From Malassezia furfur (Eukaryota), in the NCBI GenBank assembly GCA_052055015.1, contig JBQJIT010000018.1: a DNA stretch of 20,000 nucleotides, one strand, 5' to 3'. Positions 18,896-20,000 of the stretch are shown here, in pieces. The notes below the pieces were generated by a model. That model saw only the letters and a list, made by a program, of their open reading frames with translations. It had not been told where the DNA came from and did no database searches. Numbering within the stretch: position 1 is the stretch's first letter; each line of letters starts with the position of its first letter. Both the position numbers and the translations under genes were made by a program.

Positions 18896-18968
18896 GTCCA
18901 ACAGGCCACGTGGCCTTTCGCATCACCACCCAACAGCCACCCCGGGGGCCCTGACGGCGGCGTGCGGC

Positions 18969-20000
18969 ATGCGGATCGAGGAGCTGATTCTCGACGGCTT
19001 CAAGAGGTGCGTGGGCGTGTGCCACTAACGCAGCTATCCCGTGCGTACGCATGTGCGTGGCTTCGACCCGAGCTTCAACGCGATCACGGGGCTGAATGGC
19101 AGCGGGAAGAGCAACATTCTCGACGCCATCTGCTTCGTGCTGGGCCTCACGAACCTCAGCTCGGTGCGCGCGTCGAACATCCAGGATCTGATCTACAAGC
19201 GTGGCCAGGCGGGCGTGACCAAGGCGTCGGTCACGATCGTCTTTGACAATGCGGACCGCGAGCGGTCGCCCGTGTCGTTTGAGAACTGCGCGACGATCAC
19301 TGTCACGCGCCAGATCGCGATGGGCGGCGTGTCCAAGTACCTGATCAACGGGCACAAGGCGACGCAGCAGGCGGTGCAGAACATGTTCCAGAGCGTCCAG
19401 CTGAACATCAACAACCCCAACTTCCTCATCATGCAGGGCAAAATCACCAAGGTGCTCAACATGAAGCCTGCCGAGGTGCTGTCGATGATCGAGGAGGCGG
19501 CGGGCACGCGCATGTTTGAGGAGCGCAAGGAGCGCGCGTTCCGCACCATGGCGAAGAAGGACCAAAAGGTGCGCGAGATCACCGCGCTCCTCCAGGAGGA
19601 GATCAAGCCCAAGCTGGACCGCCTGCGCGACGAAAAGCGCGCGTTCCTCGAGTACCAAAAGGCCTCGACCGAGCTGGAGCGTGCCACGCGCCTGCACAAG
19701 GCGTACGAGTGGCACACGCTGCAGCGCAAGCTCGCGCAGCGCACCAACGAGGGTGCGGCGCAGGCCAAGGCGCGCCTCGCCGCGTACGCCAGCGACGTCG
19801 CGGCGTTCACGCGGCAGCTCGGCGCGCTCGACGACGAGCTGCACAAGCTGCGTGGCCAGCGCGATGCCCAGCTTGCGGCCGACGGCGAGCAGGACGCGCT
19901 CGTGCAGCGCACCAAGGCGCTTGCGCACGAGCTGGTCGAGGCGACGACGCAGCGCGACTTCCGGCGCACGGCGCGCGACGAGGAGGCCGCGCACGCCGCC
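18969..20000 (+). CDS. SMC2: Condensin subunit Smc2, 5' part (runs off the right edge). Exons 18969-19006 and 19034->20000.
   Basis: Not in the ORF track as a whole. [50 protein letters not shown]...[23 protein letters not shown]...[25 protein letters not shown]...[11 protein letters not shown]. 27-nt intron at 19007-19033 (GTGCGT...CTAACGCAG). Confidence 0.96.

Noticed and set aside
68..19994. Many long overlapping or antisense ORFs (e.g. 1351-2679, 3128-4213, 12081-13292, 15760-16875, 17184-18470, 18819-19994)
   Set aside because: They shadow real genes, have Arg/Ala/Pro-rich or antisense-typical composition with no motifs, and are expected from high GC and codon bias.
1..20000. Functional gene cluster, mobile element, CRISPR array or prokaryotic system
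   Set aside because: The genes are unrelated eukaryotic housekeeping functions. I saw no transposase, terminal repeats or repeat-spacer arrays.

Overview
GC-rich, extremely gene-dense eukaryotic DNA. The gene content, tiny GT-AG introns and compaction suggest a basidiomycete yeast such as Malassezia (inference). By manual splicing I reconstruct 13 protein-coding genes: RAD52 (partial), SEC22, WHI2, mitochondrial S10/RSM10, a cPLA2/PLB-type phospholipase, a coiled-coil hypothetical, SPT3, an AGGF1-like FHA/G-patch protein, MEF1, a degenerate STE24 paralog, STE24, CDC9/LIG1 and SMC2 (partial). There is also one intron-containing tRNA-Ser(CGA). Main points: (1) a tandem STE24 duplicate with an intact frame and a shared intron but none of the three zinc ligands, a candidate pseudo-protease; (2) 27 predicted spliceosomal introns of only 22-34 nt (median 25), with the branch point fused to the acceptor; (3) intergenic gaps of 0-223 bp, including abutting stop codons and a 20-bp same-strand gap; (4) a possible two-AUG nuclear/mitochondrial DNA ligase. 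Gene names come from recognised motifs, not database searches, and all splice models need RNA-seq confirmation.
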